Part shown: positions 17,860-27,435 of the stretch, piece after piece
Layout of the letters: each line of letters starts with the position of its first letter
Numbering within the stretch: the stretch's first letter is position 1
Origin: Candidatus Woesearchaeota archaeon
GTDB taxonomy: Archaea; Nanobdellota; Nanobdellia; Woesearchaeales; UBA9642
Direction: 5' to 3'
Length of the DNA stretch: 64,000 nucleotides
NCBI GenBank assembly: GCA_003599145.1
Contig: QZIT01000005.1
Coordinates: 59,502-123,501 of the forward strand
Notes under the pieces: generated by a model
What the model was told of the DNA's origin: nothing
Databases searched by the model: none
What the model saw: only the letters and a program-made list of their open reading frames with translations
Made by a program: the position numbers and the translations under genes

Positions 17860-20043
17860 ATGAAAGTAAAAAACGCAATAAAGCGCATAGTTGCCTTGGG
17901 TGCAGGAGCAACCATGATTGGAGCAACTATAACAGGTGCTTTAGCTGTAACAGACCTCAGCGAGTATCCAACGCCATTCGTCATGGATGGTATGTTTGAT
18001 GGACACGTTGTTGTAGGAGAAGCAGCAAGCACAGAAGATGTTTTAGGAGCAATAGATATTGCTGCAAGCTTGCAAAGAGCTGCATCAACCAAAGTTGCTT
18101 TATCAGGAACAGGAGTGAGCGTTTCTGACGGAGACACAGAGGAAGGCGCACTTGGCTCAAACATTGCAAACGGCGCATTAGACACAACCTATACAGATGA
18201 CGACTTATCTGTATTGCAGGATACATCCGTAGATATTAATGGAACAAATATTAATGTCCACGATGAAATTGTGTTGAGCTCTACAGCAAATGCATTGGAT
18301 GCAGAAACAAGCTTAACCAGCAATGAAGAAGACTATGTGACTGATGTTGTCCTTGAAGTGCAGAAGGATGCATTGCAGTACTGCTTCTATTTTGATGAAA
18401 GCATCAACCTGAAAACAGAAGTCAGCGATGATGAACCATTGGAAATAGAATTTTTAGGAGCAAACCTGAAAATAACAGACATCAGCGATGCAGACACCTT
18501 GACAGCAATTGCAGGTACTGAAGTATTCCTGAATGCAGGAGACAGTTTCGTTGCTGAAGGAAAAACAGTAACCTTGGACAGAACAGGAAGCACAGCAGCA
18601 GTCATTACTGTTGATGGAAAATCAGAAACAGTCAATGAAGGCTCAACCAAGACAATCAACGGAGTAAAAGTCAAAGTTGATACTATCTTCAACGATGATG
18701 GTATTGAATTTGATTCTGCAACCTTGATTATTGGTGCTGAAACTGAAGAAACCTACAATGATGGAGACGAATTCATCGGTCAAGATGAAGATGATCCCGA
18801 ATGGGTTTGGAACCTTGCAGGATTGAACGCAACAGGAACCTCTCAGACATTATGTATTGAGAACGACTTTGTCAAAGACGATGCAAAAGACAGCCCAGCA
18901 GGAGTTGGAGAATATTACTCATTCCCTAACAACTTTGTGGAAGTCGGTATTGCAAGCTTGACAGTCGCTGACGACAAATACATGGATTTAGATGTTGAGT
19001 ACGATGGTTCAGTTGACTTAAGCGATGCTGTCAGTGCATTTACCAGTGTTGCTGCAATTGTCGTAAGCTCAAACGTAGACGAATCTGTCCTTTTGGACTC
19101 TGCAGTTTTGACGGGCTTAGGCGCAGATGTAAAGACAAAAGTCTTTTACCTGCACGCAGTTGCCGACGATGTAGAGGTTTTCTATGAAGACCCTAACAAC
19201 AACAACGATGTAACCTTTGCAGGAAACTTAAGCGCAAACGGCACTGGAGAGAACTTTACCTTCGGTCAGATTGACTTTGGCAAAACAAAGTTAACCGATG
19301 TTCAGCTTAACCTGTTTGGTGATGTCGACAGCAACGATGGATTGTACATGGGACTTATTCCTTTGACTCCAACAGATGATGCAGTTTGGGTGCAGTTTGA
19401 ATCTGACGGAACCGACTTTGGTGGTACAGGAGCAACAGCAGACACTGAAGAAGCTGGTGAATTAGTCTATGGAAGCGACACAGACCCTACAGACACTGCA
19501 AGCGTAACCAATATTGGTACCAAAGAAGAAGACTTGAGAAACGGATACGGTATCTGGATTGATGAACCAAAGAGCACAGGTGCATCAGATAAGTACACCT
19601 TCCACATACCTAACGACCAGGTTAAAGCAAATGCAGTGATCAAGAGCGGAGCAGCAGCAATTGGCGGCGGAGATGCAGGTACTTCAACAGTGGTTAACCC
19701 AATCCCTGTTGGTATGGGTATCTTAGACACCGATGCAAACTTGGGCTCAGACAACTTAATCGTTGTAGGAGGACCATGCGCAAACACCATTGCAGCTGAC
19801 TTAATGGGCAACCCAGCAAACTGTGTTGAAGGATTTGCAGAAGGAAAAGCAAAAGTTAAGCTTTATGCAAGCCAGAATGCATTGTTAGTTGCAGGTTACT
19901 CTGCTAAGGACACACAGGGTGCAGCAAGAGTTGTTGCAAACTACGATGATTCAGATTACAGCAGCGGATTCGCAGCTGGCGTAACTGAATTTGAAGTCGT
20001 TGTTCCAACCTTGACAGACATCAGCATAAACACCGTGGGTTAA
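17860..20043 (+). CDS. S-layer protein
   Basis: Signal peptide MKVKNAIKRIVALGAGATMIGATITGALA. Acidic, Thr/Asp/Val-rich, Cys-poor 727-aa protein. C-terminal DNLIVVGGPCANTIAADLMG motif typical of euryarchaeal/DPANN S-layer proteins. Strong SD and promoter. Confidence 0.7.
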   Translation: MKVKNAIKRIVALGAGATMIGATITGALAVTDLSEYPTPFVMDGMFDGHVVVGEAASTEDVLGAIDIAASLQRAASTKVALSGTGVSVSDGDTEEGALGSNIANGALDTTYTDDDLSVLQDTSVDINGTNINVHDEIVLSSTANALDAETSLTSNEEDYVTDVVLEVQKDALQYCFYFDESINLKTEVSDDEPLEIEFLGANLKITDISDADTLTAIAGTEVFLNAGDSFVAEGKTVTLDRTGSTAAVITVDGKSETVNEGSTKTINGVKVKVDTIFNDDGIEFDSATLIIGAETEETYNDGDEFIGQDEDDPEWVWNLAGLNATGTSQTLCIENDFVKDDAKDSPAGVGEYYSFPNNFVEVGIASLTVADDKYMDLDVEYDGSVDLSDAVSAFTSVAAIVVSSNVDESVLLDSAVLTGLGADVKTKVFYLHAVADDVEVFYEDPNNNNDVTFAGNLSANGTGENFTFGQIDFGKTKLTDVQLNLFGDVDSNDGLYMGLIPLTPTDDAVWVQFESDGTDFGGTGATADTEEAGELVYGSDTDPTDTASVTNIGTKEEDLRNGYGIWIDEPKSTGASDKYTFHIPNDQVKANAVIKSGAAAIGGGDAGTSTVVNPIPVGMGILDTDANLGSDNLIVVGGPCANTIAADLMGNPANCVEGFAEGKAKVKLYASQNALLVAGYSAKDTQGAARVVANYDDSDYSSGFAAGVTEFEVVVPTLTDISINTVG

Positions 20044-20050
20044 ACCCACC

Positions 20051-20071
20051 TTTTTTATTTTTTTATTTTTT
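20051..20071 (+). terminator. Oligo-T terminator region after the S-layer gene
   Basis: ttttttatttttttatttttt begins 8 nt after the stop codon. Confidence 0.5.
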
Positions 20072-20174
20072 ATAAGCATTTTAGTTTCTATTTAAGTTTC
20101 CTATAGCCTAATTTTATTGGTTTTTTCATGCTTTTCCTTCCTTTTGCCTCCATTTATGCTTTTTTTGGTTAGTT

Positions 20175-21173
20175 TTACTTGCCAACTATCACACGATAAT
20201 CCCATGCCCAGCTACAAATGGTAAATACATCTTTGTCGAATTTACGTAATACTTCCTGATTAACTTTGTAATCTGCACCCATTTGTAGCACTAATTTGTA
20301 AAAAACATCATATAAGGATAAACCTTTCTTTATGTCCTCTTCTTTGATAAGGTCGGTTAACTTATAGGATATGTAGCCAAGAACCCTTACCTTGCTGATT
20401 TTATCAAAATCCCTGTAAAATGCTTCCATTACCCCTTTTGGAGTTAATCGTTTTATTTGAGATAAAGCATCTCCATAAGGAATTTTATTTGTTTTCTTCT
20501 CAGCGGTAAAATAGAGTTCCCTAAGAAGTTTACCTTGTTCACCCTCTAATTTTCTTATTTCTTGCTCATTTTTATCATAGTTTAAATTAAGCGAATCTAA
20601 CCTGTGTGTAAGTTCTTGTTGTTTCTTTTTAAGGTCTTTAATCTTCTGATTTTCAACTCCTTTAAACAACTCATCTTGCAATCGCCAGAATAAGGAAAAA
20701 ATGGCGGTCTTCTGTTCTTTTGAGATATGTCTACCTGCATCCATAGCTTTGTGGGTATTAACTAATTTGGTATCATTTCCTTTTCCTTTTGCCCAAGAAT
20801 CCAAATCTTCCTTCGTAATGTACTGTCTTTTGAATGTGTTTTCTATGCCCTCGCCGATATCCTTTGATAATTGGTCTTTACAAAACTGTAGAAACCCTTT
20901 AGTAAAATTATACTCGAACTCATCCTTATGAAATTTAAAAGAATGTTTTCCTCCTTCTGCTGAAGGATTATCATATTCTATTATCGCTAAGTCAATTAAT
21001 TTTTGTCGAAGAACACTTGACCATGTAATTAAGATAATGAATTTTTTAATATCGGCATAGACATAACTCTTCTGTTTTTTTAGATACATATACATCAACG
21101 CAGCACCATAATGCTTATTGGCAAAGAGATTGCGTTTCTTGTCCCCCTTTTGTTTATCTTTATTGTTAACCAT
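20175..21173 (-). CDS. Hypothetical element protein with a central coiled coil (332 aa from ATG 21173)
   Basis: Long ORF with coiled-coil stretch KIKDLKKKQQELTHRLDSLNLNYDKNEQEIRKLEGEQ. The track start 21182 is TTG. Confidence 0.5.
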   Translation of the reverse strand: MVNNKDKQKGDKKRNLFANKHYGAALMYMYLKKQKSYVYADIKKFIILITWSSVLRQKLIDLAIIEYDNPSAEGGKHSFKFHKDEFEYNFTKGFLQFCKDQLSKDIGEGIENTFKRQYITKEDLDSWAKGKGNDTKLVNTHKAMDAGRHISKEQKTAIFSLFWRLQDELFKGVENQKIKDLKKKQQELTHRLDSLNLNYDKNEQEIRKLEGEQGKLLRELYFTAEKKTNKIPYGDALSQIKRLTPKGVMEAFYRDFDKISKVRVLGYISYKLTDLIKEEDIKKGLSLYDVFYKLVLQMGADYKVNQEVLRKFDKDVFTICSWAWDYRVIVGK

Positions 21174-21345
21174 TTTTACCAACTATTATCTAATATTTAA
21201 TTAAATAATATTTAGGATATATTTAAATATTTTGGTTTTATCGTCGTAAATTATTAACGTATTAACTAAGACTTTGCGGTATAACTTAACTAACTTATAT
21301 CTTTACTGCTTAAAATATTTAAGGATTTACCCTTTTATTATAGGT

Positions 21346-21513
21346 ATGGGATTAAAAAAAATATCACTGGATATTGATTCTGAGCTATACGTTCGGATTA
21401 AACACGATGTGTTTGACAAAGAAACAACCATGTCGAATGCCATTAGAGAACTGCTATCTGCAAAATGGGGTATGAAAGAAAATGGAAACGATGGAACAGC
21501 AAAAAACGATTGA
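21346..21513 (+). CDS. Ribbon-helix-helix (CopG/Arc-like) small protein
   Basis: MGLKKISLDIDSELYVRIKHDVFDKETTMSNAIRELL fits a beta-strand/helix/helix pattern. The track ORF begins at TTG 21274; the ATG is at 21346. Confidence 0.5.
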   Translation: MGLKKISLDIDSELYVRIKHDVFDKETTMSNAIRELLSAKWGMKENGNDGTAKND

Positions 21514-21593
21514 TAACCTGCTGAAGCCATGGACGTTACATTGGCTCAAGAAAGGAGAAAAAATAGGAATATTTGGAGAGGAGGAGATTAAAA

Positions 21594-21938
21594 ATGAAAG
21601 AACAAAAAAATGAAGAAAATATTGAACTCTTAAACGAGTCTAAACAAAAAGAAGAAATAGCTAAATCAGCTTGTGCATACACACATTTATGCATGGATAG
21701 TATTGACCAACTACATACGTTAATTGTGCAAATATTGAAACAAATAGAAAATGAAAACATACCGACAGAAAGTAAGCGTCTAATATTTAATGCATTTCTA
21801 ATGGCGCTATACAGTGATTTGATTGGACACATTCTTACAACAGAGAGTGCCATTTCTATTTCTAAACTACTTTATGAGCATTTTGAGAGATTTAAAGTTT
21901 TGGAGGAATGTGAAGCTAAGAAGAAGATTTCAATATAA
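21594..21938 (+). CDS. Hypothetical element protein (114 aa)
   Basis: ATG 21594 is preceded by GGAGAGGAGGAG. The track start 21573 is TTG. Confidence 0.45.
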   Translation: MKEQKNEENIELLNESKQKEEIAKSACAYTHLCMDSIDQLHTLIVQILKQIENENIPTESKRLIFNAFLMALYSDLIGHILTTESAISISKLLYEHFERFKVLEECEAKKKISI

Positions 21939-21956
21939 GATTTAAGGTAAACGGAG

Positions 21957-22166
21957 ATGAGGGAGATGGAGAGAGAAGACCTAACTTATTTTGTAAACAA
22001 ATATTGTAACATTATCCTTGAAAATGGATTTACCTATACTGGGATTCTGAAGAAAATTAATGATAACACTATAGTATTTGATGACCGATTTCAAGGCTTA
22101 AAAATATTCGACCTAAGTATTATCACTGGCATCGGTGAGGCAGGTGAGAAAAATGACCGAAGATAA
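21957..22166 (+). CDS. Hypothetical small beta-rich protein (69 aa)
   Basis: Its ORF end overlaps the next gene's start. No secure motif. Confidence 0.4.
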   Translation: MREMEREDLTYFVNKYCNIILENGFTYTGILKKINDNTIVFDDRFQGLKIFDLSIITGIGEAGEKNDRR

Positions 22167-23442
22167 GGATAACTCACCTCAAATCACGAATGATAGATGG
22201 ATTGAACTAAAACAAATATGGTATCAATTATTTGAATTACGACAGATTGAGGCGTCCGACACAGTTAAAGATTGTTCATTATTAATGTGTTTAGGAGCAA
22301 TACTCAACAAACATTTTTTAACTTTTCACCTTAAAACTTCAAGAAAAATAGAAGACTTAAGACTTCATCTTGTTTGGATGATTGATTCAAGAGCAGGTAA
22401 GGGTGAAGTAACTGGCTTAATGCATGATGTGTGTTCAGGCTTCATTATAATAGCACTTCCAACAAGCATTTCAGATACTGCCCAAATTGGAGGGGCGGAT
22501 AGAAAAGGAAAAGAGGTAGAAGGCATATACAAAACAAATGACCTATGCATCCATGATGAATTTGAAAACTTCTTCAAAAACAAAGACTGGAATAGTGATG
22601 TATTTGGCAATATTCGAAAGAATTGCGATACGTATATGTCAGCAACAAACTATCTTCGAAATACCAAGATATCTACTGATAAAATAGAAGGATTCTATGG
22701 AAAATCAACCCTATTTTTATCTAGCTATCCTATATTGGAGTGTATACAACAAATAGTTGAAAGCGGTACATTTCAAAGATTCGTTTTTATATTCGAGAAA
22801 GTTGATATAGCAAAATCAAAAAGAATATTTGTAGCGTTAAAACAAAAACCTAAAGATGAAAAGATATTAACGGATAAATTACTAACTGAAAAGATGGCAT
22901 CATTTAGACAAATTATAACTGCCATTCTCAACGAATCATCATCAATAAGCCTTGGAGACGAAGCATATAATGAAACTGTTGACGAATTTATAGTTGAGAC
23001 GGAAAAACACTATAATAGTCAGTCAGAGGAGGTCGCGAGGCTTATTAGAAGTTATCAAGTCGGGTTATTGCTACAGATACAAAAGATTTCTGCAATAGTT
23101 GGGATAGTGCGGGGTAAACCTGTTGTTGAGGCTAAAGAAATCCAATATGCAAAAAATCTAGTGATGGAAAATTTCAATAGGTTAATACTCGAGACCAGTC
23201 TTTTCGGGGTAGAATACGAGAAGGTTAAACAATGGGTGGATGACGTCAGGACGGCTCTGAAAAATCAAGTTGAACCATTAAGTAAAATGGAAATCAATAA
23301 GTTAATGGGTGTTTACTGGGGGTTAAAATCTCCTAATAGCATAAATGACAGACTAAAGAAGGTAGTGCCATTTACTTTAGAATTATGTCGGAAAGAAGCT
23401 AATACTGAATATTGGAGACTGAAAAGCATTTATGGAGGTTAA
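22153..23442 (+). CDS. Divergent MCM-like AAA+ ATPase (putative element replicative helicase)
   Basis: Ordered matches to the MCM AAA+ core. Walker A region LHLVWMIDSRAGKGEV (compare IHILLVGDPGTAKSQ). Walker B DLCIHDEFENF (compare CCIDEFDKM). Sensor-1-like TLFLSSYP. Arg-finger-like GTFQRFVFIF (compare LLSRFDLIF). No N-terminal OB/Zn domain is evident. Confidence 0.5.
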   Translation: MTEDKDNSPQITNDRWIELKQIWYQLFELRQIEASDTVKDCSLLMCLGAILNKHFLTFHLKTSRKIEDLRLHLVWMIDSRAGKGEVTGLMHDVCSGFIIIALPTSISDTAQIGGADRKGKEVEGIYKTNDLCIHDEFENFFKNKDWNSDVFGNIRKNCDTYMSATNYLRNTKISTDKIEGFYGKSTLFLSSYPILECIQQIVESGTFQRFVFIFEKVDIAKSKRIFVALKQKPKDEKILTDKLLTEKMASFRQIITAILNESSSISLGDEAYNETVDEFIVETEKHYNSQSEEVARLIRSYQVGLLLQIQKISAIVGIVRGKPVVEAKEIQYAKNLVMENFNRLILETSLFGVEYEKVKQWVDDVRTALKNQVEPLSKMEINKLMGVYWGLKSPNSINDRLKKVVPFTLELCRKEANTEYWRLKSIYGG

Positions 23443-24081
23443 TAATAAATGTCAATAAATACCATATTTTGGAACGAACCATTTAAGGCATTTATTCTCA
23501 TTTATGATTTACAGAAAATACTTTGTTATTTGGTTTAGACCCCGAATTCAATAGTATAATCATTAAACTAAGACGATGAAAGAATCAATTATGGTAATTA
23601 TGGTGATTTTTTTATTAATTTCAATATCCGATAAAAATGATAGAAAACAAATATATTTTAAAAAATACAATAAATGCAATAAATACCTGTAAGGTAACAC
23701 GATGAGAACATGAACGAATTCTATCTGAGGTCATTACCCTCAGATTCGTGAACAGTCCGAGAACCACCCAGGATACCGAGGAATCTTCATTCATTAAACC
23801 ATTATTAGGGGGTAAGGTGACCTCAATAAATTGGGAAATACATAAGTGAATCAAATAGGAATTCCCCTGAGATAGACCCCTTCAAACAGGTAGTTTAGGG
23901 GATTTAGGTAATATAATTCATTAAAAGAAGGGATTGTTTTGGAATAAAATCACCCTCTATAACAGGAGACAATTTTCTTAATACATTTATATTAATGATA
24001 CCGATATCATCTGTTAAAACTAAAAGCAACAGGGTTAAACCCCATGCTAGAAGTGATATTATGGGGGTAATTTCCGCAAAC

Positions 24082-24089
24082 TATTTAAG
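24082..24089 (+). promoter_or_regulatory. Candidate TATA box for the RHH-hsdR transcription unit
   Basis: ctatttaaga lies about 30 nt upstream of ATG 24113. Confidence 0.35.
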
Positions 24090-24112
24090 AAGAAGCAGTT
24101 ATATGCGTTCAT

Positions 24113-24256
24113 ATGGGGCGTAAGACGGTAGCTTTAAGTGTAAATGCAGAAATTTATGACGAGTATAAGAAGTACTGTGAAGAAAATGCAATCATTCTTT
24201 CACGTAAGTTTGATGAGTTTATGAAGAAGGAATTAAAAAAGGCAGGTAGAATTTAA
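24113..24256 (+). CDS. Small RHH-like protein (47 aa; not in the ORF track) immediately upstream of hsdR
   Basis: Manual translation: MGRKTVALSVNAEIYDEYKKYCEENAIILSRKFDEFMKKELKKAGRI. Same strand-helix-helix pattern as the 21346 protein. Its stop TAA abuts the hsdR ATG. Confidence 0.5.
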   Translation: MGRKTVALSVNAEIYDEYKKYCEENAIILSRKFDEFMKKELKKAGRI

Positions 24257-26971
24257 ATGAATGAGAAACAGACTAGAGAGGAACTGATTGATAAGCAATT
24301 AAAGTCAGTCGGTTGGCTCAAAAGTTACATAAAAGAAGAAGTAAATTCAGTTAAATCTAAATTTAAAATTAAGGAATATGTTCTTTCTCAAGGTCAAGGA
24401 GACGATTCTGGCAGGTTTATTGACTATTTATTATTAGCAGAAGATAATTCTCCAATTGCGTTAATAGAAGCAAAGAAATTTTCCGAATCAGAAGATAAAG
24501 GAAGAGCTCAAGCTAGGACTTATATAAAAGATATTGAGAGTCAAACAGGAGAAAGAATTCCAGTTTTCTTAACCAACGGTCATAAATGGTTGCTAATTGA
24601 CCAAGACGGAGTTGAAAGACACGTTAGCGGTATATTTTCCCAATCCGATTTGAAACGAAGAATGGAATTATATAGAAAGAGGAGAGACCCAACAAAAATA
24701 AGCATTGACAGAATAGTTGACCGTCCAAGAAGTATACTTGTAGTGAAACAATTAATGGAACATATTCAAAAAGGGCACAGGTCAGCATTAATTTCTATGG
24801 CAACAGGGACGGGGAAGACAAGAGTTGCTATGTCAATGATTGATGTTCTGTTAAGGGCAAATGTTGTCAGAAATGTTCTCTTTATCGCAGATAGAATTGC
24901 ATTGACTAATCAAGCTAAATCAGCAGGATTTAAAGAATTTTTCTCCGAGGCAGTTATTGACTTAAGGGAAAATCCCAAAAGTTTTCCAAACGGGTTGTAT
25001 GTTACAACTGTACAAACATTAAGAAGCGGTAAGAATATTAAGTATTATGAAAGGTTCAGTCCGGGATTCTTTGATTTGATTATCTTTGACGAAGCACACA
25101 GGTCAATTTATGACCCTAATAGAGAAGTTCATAGGTATTTTGATGCGATAAGATTAGGACTTACAGCAACACCCTCGTCAGCAGAAAGCAAAAATACTTT
25201 TGAATTATTTGGTTGTGATGGGAACAAACCCACTGTAGAGTATTCTTATGATGAAGCTATAAGAGATGGAGTTCTTGTTCCATATAATGCGCAAATGATT
25301 GACACAAAAATATTATCTTTAGGTATTGAGGGAGCAACCCTTTCTAAGCCATTACAGCTTCAGCTTATGAAGCAAGAGGAAGACCCAAGATATATGATGC
25401 TTCCGGGTTCTGCTTTTGCCAAAGTTTTTATGGATGATAAAACAAATGAGTTAGTTGTTAGGGAATTTTTGAATAGATGCTATAAGTCTGATGAAGGGAA
25501 ACCTGCAAAAACAATCTTCTTTTGCGCAAATATAGCACATGCAAAACATATTAAAAAAATATTCAATAAATTAGACCCTAAACTAAGTAATGATGTTCAA
25601 ATAATTGTTTCTGAAATTTACAGGTATACCGATGAAATTGCAAGATTTAAATTGGATTCTGAACCAAGAATTGCCTTATCTGTTGGTGTACTTGATACTG
25701 GAGTAGATATTCCAGAAGTATGTAATCTAGTTTTTGCAAAGCCCGTATTCTCTGGAATAAGATTCTGGCAGATGCTTGGAAGAGGAACAAGAAATATTTA
25801 TGCATGCAAACATAAGGAATGGCTTCCAAATAGAGAGAAAAATGATTTTTTAATAATAGATTTCACGATTGGCGGACATTCAAATGTTAAGTATCATCAT
25901 CTAAAAGAAGCCAAAGAAGCAAAAGTTGGAGTAGATGCACTTACGAAGATTTTCCTAAATAGGGTTGAATTATTGAAGAAAAAATTAGATGATAAACAAA
26001 AGAAATTTGTTGAAAATAAGATAATAGAGGACGTTGATGCTCTGAATAAGGATTCTTTTATTGTTCGTGAGAAATTGCCAATCATTAAAAAAGTGGTTTC
26101 TCGTAAATTTGATTTAAAAGATTATGTTGAAGAATTGAAAAATGAGATTGCACCTCTTATTTCTCTTAATCCTGGAAAAAATCCATTGGTCACTGCTTTT
26201 ATTTTGCAGGTAGAAAAACTATTTGGTTACATCCTTGAAGAGAATATGAATAAGATTTACGAAGTGAAAGAGTATGTTAAGGAAAAAATGGAGAATATCT
26301 TGCAGAAAGACCATTTAGAGAGTGTGCAGGAGAAAAGAGAAGATATAATGAAAGTATTCCAAGACGCTTTCTGGGATGAATTAACTTTTGATGATGTTGA
26401 ATTTATGCTTAAGGAATTAGCTCCACTCATGATTTATTATGAGAAAAATCCAAAAAAGATGATTCAAGTAGATGCTCCCGATTTAATTTTAAGAGTTGAG
26501 GATTTTAAGAAAGAAGTTAAAGAGGATGAAGAACTTAAAAGATTCTTAGAAACAAATCCTCTGATTAAAAAGATAAAAGACGGTGAAGGAATAACCCCTG
26601 CTGAACTTCTTAAGCTTGAATCTCAATTGCGAGAGTTAAGACCTGAGATAACAATTGATAATGTCCAAAGGATACAAAAGATTGATTTCCTGCTGTTCTT
26701 AAGAAAAATACTAGGATTAAAGCAAGAGTATGACCCGCAGGTATTGATTGAAAGAGAATTTGATGCTCACATAATTGAGATGAATCATAATTATAATTCT
26801 GAGCAGATAAAGTTCTTGCAGGTCTTAAAAAAGGTGTTTGCAAGAACAAAACACATAGAATTAAAGGACTTTACAGTTCCTCCTCTTTCTAATGAAAGAC
26901 CTCTTGATAAATTCCAGACTTCTGAATTGCAAAAGATAGTTATTGAGTGTAATAAGATAAAAATGAAATAA
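24257..26971 (+). CDS. hsdR: Type I restriction enzyme R subunit (HsdR, COG4096/EcoEI-like)
   Basis: N-terminal PD-(D/E)xK nuclease (FIDYLLLAEDNSPIALIEAKK). SF2 helicase Walker A ATGTGKT, DEAH box IFDEAHRS, motif III TATP. Long helical C-terminal region. Confidence 0.85.
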   Translation: MNEKQTREELIDKQLKSVGWLKSYIKEEVNSVKSKFKIKEYVLSQGQGDDSGRFIDYLLLAEDNSPIALIEAKKFSESEDKGRAQARTYIKDIESQTGERIPVFLTNGHKWLLIDQDGVERHVSGIFSQSDLKRRMELYRKRRDPTKISIDRIVDRPRSILVVKQLMEHIQKGHRSALISMATGTGKTRVAMSMIDVLLRANVVRNVLFIADRIALTNQAKSAGFKEFFSEAVIDLRENPKSFPNGLYVTTVQTLRSGKNIKYYERFSPGFFDLIIFDEAHRSIYDPNREVHRYFDAIRLGLTATPSSAESKNTFELFGCDGNKPTVEYSYDEAIRDGVLVPYNAQMIDTKILSLGIEGATLSKPLQLQLMKQEEDPRYMMLPGSAFAKVFMDDKTNELVVREFLNRCYKSDEGKPAKTIFFCANIAHAKHIKKIFNKLDPKLSNDVQIIVSEIYRYTDEIARFKLDSEPRIALSVGVLDTGVDIPEVCNLVFAKPVFSGIRFWQMLGRGTRNIYACKHKEWLPNREKNDFLIIDFTIGGHSNVKYHHLKEAKEAKVGVDALTKIFLNRVELLKKKLDDKQKKFVENKIIEDVDALNKDSFIVREKLPIIKKVVSRKFDLKDYVEELKNEIAPLISLNPGKNPLVTAFILQVEKLFGYILEENMNKIYEVKEYVKEKMENILQKDHLESVQEKREDIMKVFQDAFWDELTFDDVEFMLKELAPLMIYYEKNPKKMIQVDAPDLILRVEDFKKEVKEDEELKRFLETNPLIKKIKDGEGITPAELLKLESQLRELRPEITIDNVQRIQKIDFLLFLRKILGLKQEYDPQVLIEREFDAHIIEMNHNYNSEQIKFLQVLKKVFARTKHIELKDFTVPPLSNERPLDKFQTSELQKIVIECNKIKMK

Positions 26972-26996
26972 TTAGGTTAACCTATGGTAAACCTAA
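26972..26996 (+). terminator. Hairpin between hsdR and the next transcription unit
   Basis: ttaggtt (26972-26978) pairs with aacctaa (26990-26996). Confidence 0.3.
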
Positions 26997-27005
26997 AATC
27001 GTAAT

Positions 27006-27015
27006 ATTTATATAT
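27006..27015 (+). promoter_or_regulatory. TATA box for the RHH132-X618-hsdS-hsdM unit
   Basis: atttatatat lies about 30 nt upstream of ATG 27037 (leaderless spacing). Confidence 0.45.
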
Positions 27016-27036
27016 GAAATCTGTTTTTCTGCTTGT

Positions 27037-27435
27037 ATGGTCAAAAAGCCAATAAGAGTTCAAGAGAATAAAGTCGTAATGGCAAAATTATCCAGAGAAG
27101 ATTTTATTAAATTGCAGAAGCATTGCACTATCAAAGATGAATCTGTTAATTCTGTCGTGAAAAAGGCTATAATGACCGAAGTTGACTCTCCTGTTCCGCA
27201 TATGCTTGCAGGAAAAAATCTTTTTGTTTACAACAAAAACAAAGATAACTTTAGCTGGAGAGTTATGCTTGATAATGGCTTGAGGGTGGATATTGAAGAA
27301 GATATATCTGCCGAATATGTATCACAATTATTTAATTCACTTAAAGAGGCAATTGATGAAAGAGAAACTTACATCAAGAAGGAAAGCACGGATGCTGTTG
27401 CCATACCTAGTAAATTAGTGAGGAAAGGATTATAA
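27037..27435 (+). CDS. RHH-domain protein (132 aa) with an extra C-terminal domain
   Basis: N-terminus VVMAKLSREDFIKLQKHCTIKDESVNSVVKKAIMTEV fits the ribbon-helix-helix pattern. Its stop TAA is directly followed by ATG 27436. Confidence 0.5.
   Translation: MVKKPIRVQENKVVMAKLSREDFIKLQKHCTIKDESVNSVVKKAIMTEVDSPVPHMLAGKNLFVYNKNKDNFSWRVMLDNGLRVDIEEDISAEYVSQLFNSLKEAIDERETYIKKESTDAVAIPSKLVRKGL

Noticed and set aside
17811-18226. Short ORFs overlapping the start of the S-layer gene (17811-17999 +, 17853-18185 -, 17981-18226 -)
   Set aside because: They are alternative or antisense frames of a strongly supported, highly expressed-type gene. The same reasoning applies to the many 60-115-aa ORFs inside the 1277-aa, hsdR, hsdM and other long genes.
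20140-20152. tttccttcctt near the left element border matching its reverse complement at 37918-37928 next to the integrase start (possible att/terminal inverted repeat)
   Set aside because: The match is only 11 nt, low-complexity and inverted rather than direct. It is easily expected by chance in A/T- and pyrimidine-rich intergenic DNA, so it is insufficient to define element ends.
21957-22166. Sm/Hfq-like fold for the 69-aa element protein
   Set aside because: It has only a vague beta-strand pattern and no Sm1/Sm2 signature residues. It is left as hypothetical.
23621-23854. 77-aa minus-strand ORF in the non-coding region of the element
   Set aside because: It has no SD or TATA at appropriate spacing and spans the hairpin-rich GC-richer segment. 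This region is more likely non-coding (origin or ncRNA); see the corresponding finding.
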